From: Octopus sinensis
Lineage: Eukaryota
Length of the DNA: 64,000 nt
NCBI RefSeq assembly: GCF_006345805.1
Contig: NC_043023.1
Coordinates: 20,646,001 to 20,710,000, forward strand
Direction of reading: 5' to 3'
In this document: positions 62,778-64,000 of the stretch, piece after piece
Layout: every line of letters begins with the position of its first letter
Position numbering within the stretch: position 1 is the first letter of the stretch
Translations under genes and position numbers: made by a program
The notes under the pieces: generated by a model
Told to the model about the DNA's origin: nothing
Databases searched by the model: none
The model's input: only the letters and a program-made list of their open reading frames with translations

Positions 62778-63365
62778 GGCGGCGAGCTGGCAGAACCGTT
62801 AGCACGCCAGGCGAAATGCGTAGCCGTATTTTGTCTGTCGCTATGTTCTGAGTTCAAATTCCGCCGACGTCGACTTTGCCTTTCATCCTTTCGGGGTCGA
62901 TAACTTAAGTACCAGTTACGCAGTAGGGTCGATATAATCGACTTAATCCCTTTGTCTGACCTTGTTTGTCCTCTCTGTGTTTACCCCTTGTGGGTAGTAA
63001 AGAAATAGGTATTACGTTCTGAGTTCAAATTCTGCCGAGGTTGACTTTGCCTTTCATCCTTTCGGGGTCGATAACTTAAGTACCAGTTACGCACTGGGGT
63101 CGATATAATCGACTTAATCCCTTTGTCTGACCTTGTTTGTCCCCTCTGTGTTTAGCCCCTCGTGGGTAGTAAAGAAATAGGTATTTCGTCCAGCATTACG
63201 TTCTGAGTTCAAATTCTGCCGAGGTTGACTTTGCCTTTCATCCTTTCGGGATCAATAAATAAAGTACCTGTTTCGCACTGGGGGTTGATGTAATCGACTT
63301 AATTCGTTTGTCTGTCCTTGTTTGTCCCCTCTGTGTTTAGCACCTTGTGGGTAATAAAGAAATAA
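62778..63365 (+). mobile_element. SINE family B multimer (3 units)
   Basis: One head and three bodies joined at AAAGAAATAG|GTATT. Confidence 0.9.
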
Positions 63366-64000
63366 ATCGGTGGTCACTTTTGATTTCTGTTCTCTACCCT
63401 CCTCCACCTGTACATTATGTCTTACCTATAGATTTATTTTCATGTATCTCTCACCCACCCACCCATCTTTTCCACCAATGGCAACGTTGCATGTCAACCA
63501 GTCCAAAAGAAATCCCGACACACAAAGCTATTTAAAAGTCACCAACAGCTCTGTGGACTACATTGAACCATTTGTTACTTTATTTCTAATTATTCCAATT
63601 AAACTTTATATCGTTAATTTAGACACAAGTAAAAATATATTTACTGAGATCATTGGTGATGTGTCGTGATTGAGAAGAACTGTCAAGCCAAGTGAAATTG
63701 TAGTTGTAGGCTGAGGCCAGAACTTGTGCCGGTGGCGTGTAAATAGCACCTTCTGGGCGTTGGGCCTCACGGAAGCAATGTGGCCGATACCAGTGCTGTG
63801 TACCCAGCACAGGTGCTGGGTGTGTGTAAAAAGCACCTGCTGAGCGTTGGGCCTCATGGAGGCAATGTGGCCGATGCCAATGTTGTGCACCTGGCACCTA
63901 TGTTGGTGGCGTATAGAAGGCACTTTTTGAGTGTTGGACATTATGGAGGTAATGATAAATTGGCCAAGACCTTTGGCGATATGGTGTGCTTGAAAAGAAG

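Overview
Eukaryotic, AT-rich, repeat-dense DNA whose tRNA-derived SINE and MITE repertoire points to an octopus (coleoid cephalopod) genome. The only well-supported gene is a KDM5/lid/JARID1 H3K4 demethylase on the + strand. I could assemble 14 coding exons by hand (26886-62695, 1707 nt, 569 aa, all AG/GT bounded and in one continuous frame). They cover ARID, PHD1, JmjC (HxE...H triad intact) and the start of the helical region before the C5HC2 finger. The JmjN-encoding 5' exons were not found in the window and the 3' part lies beyond it. A CpG-rich, promoter-like island sits at about 8.1-10.2 kb. The rest is intronic repeat: four SINE families, RTE, CR1-like and Gypsy remnants, mariner, piggyBac and hAT elements, MITEs and microsatellites. 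Nearly all ORF-track entries are repeat or microsatellite noise. The most interesting signal is a set of near-identical copies of short segments within the KDM5 gene itself: (i) an inverted MITE+52-bp composite bracketing eight exons that would form a stop-free 987-nt circle, (ii) an inverted templated copy of a KDM5 3' splice site plus 18 exon nt, and (iii) a second composite MITE dimer carrying captured DNA. Any function for these is hypothesis only. All alignments and counts were done by eye.
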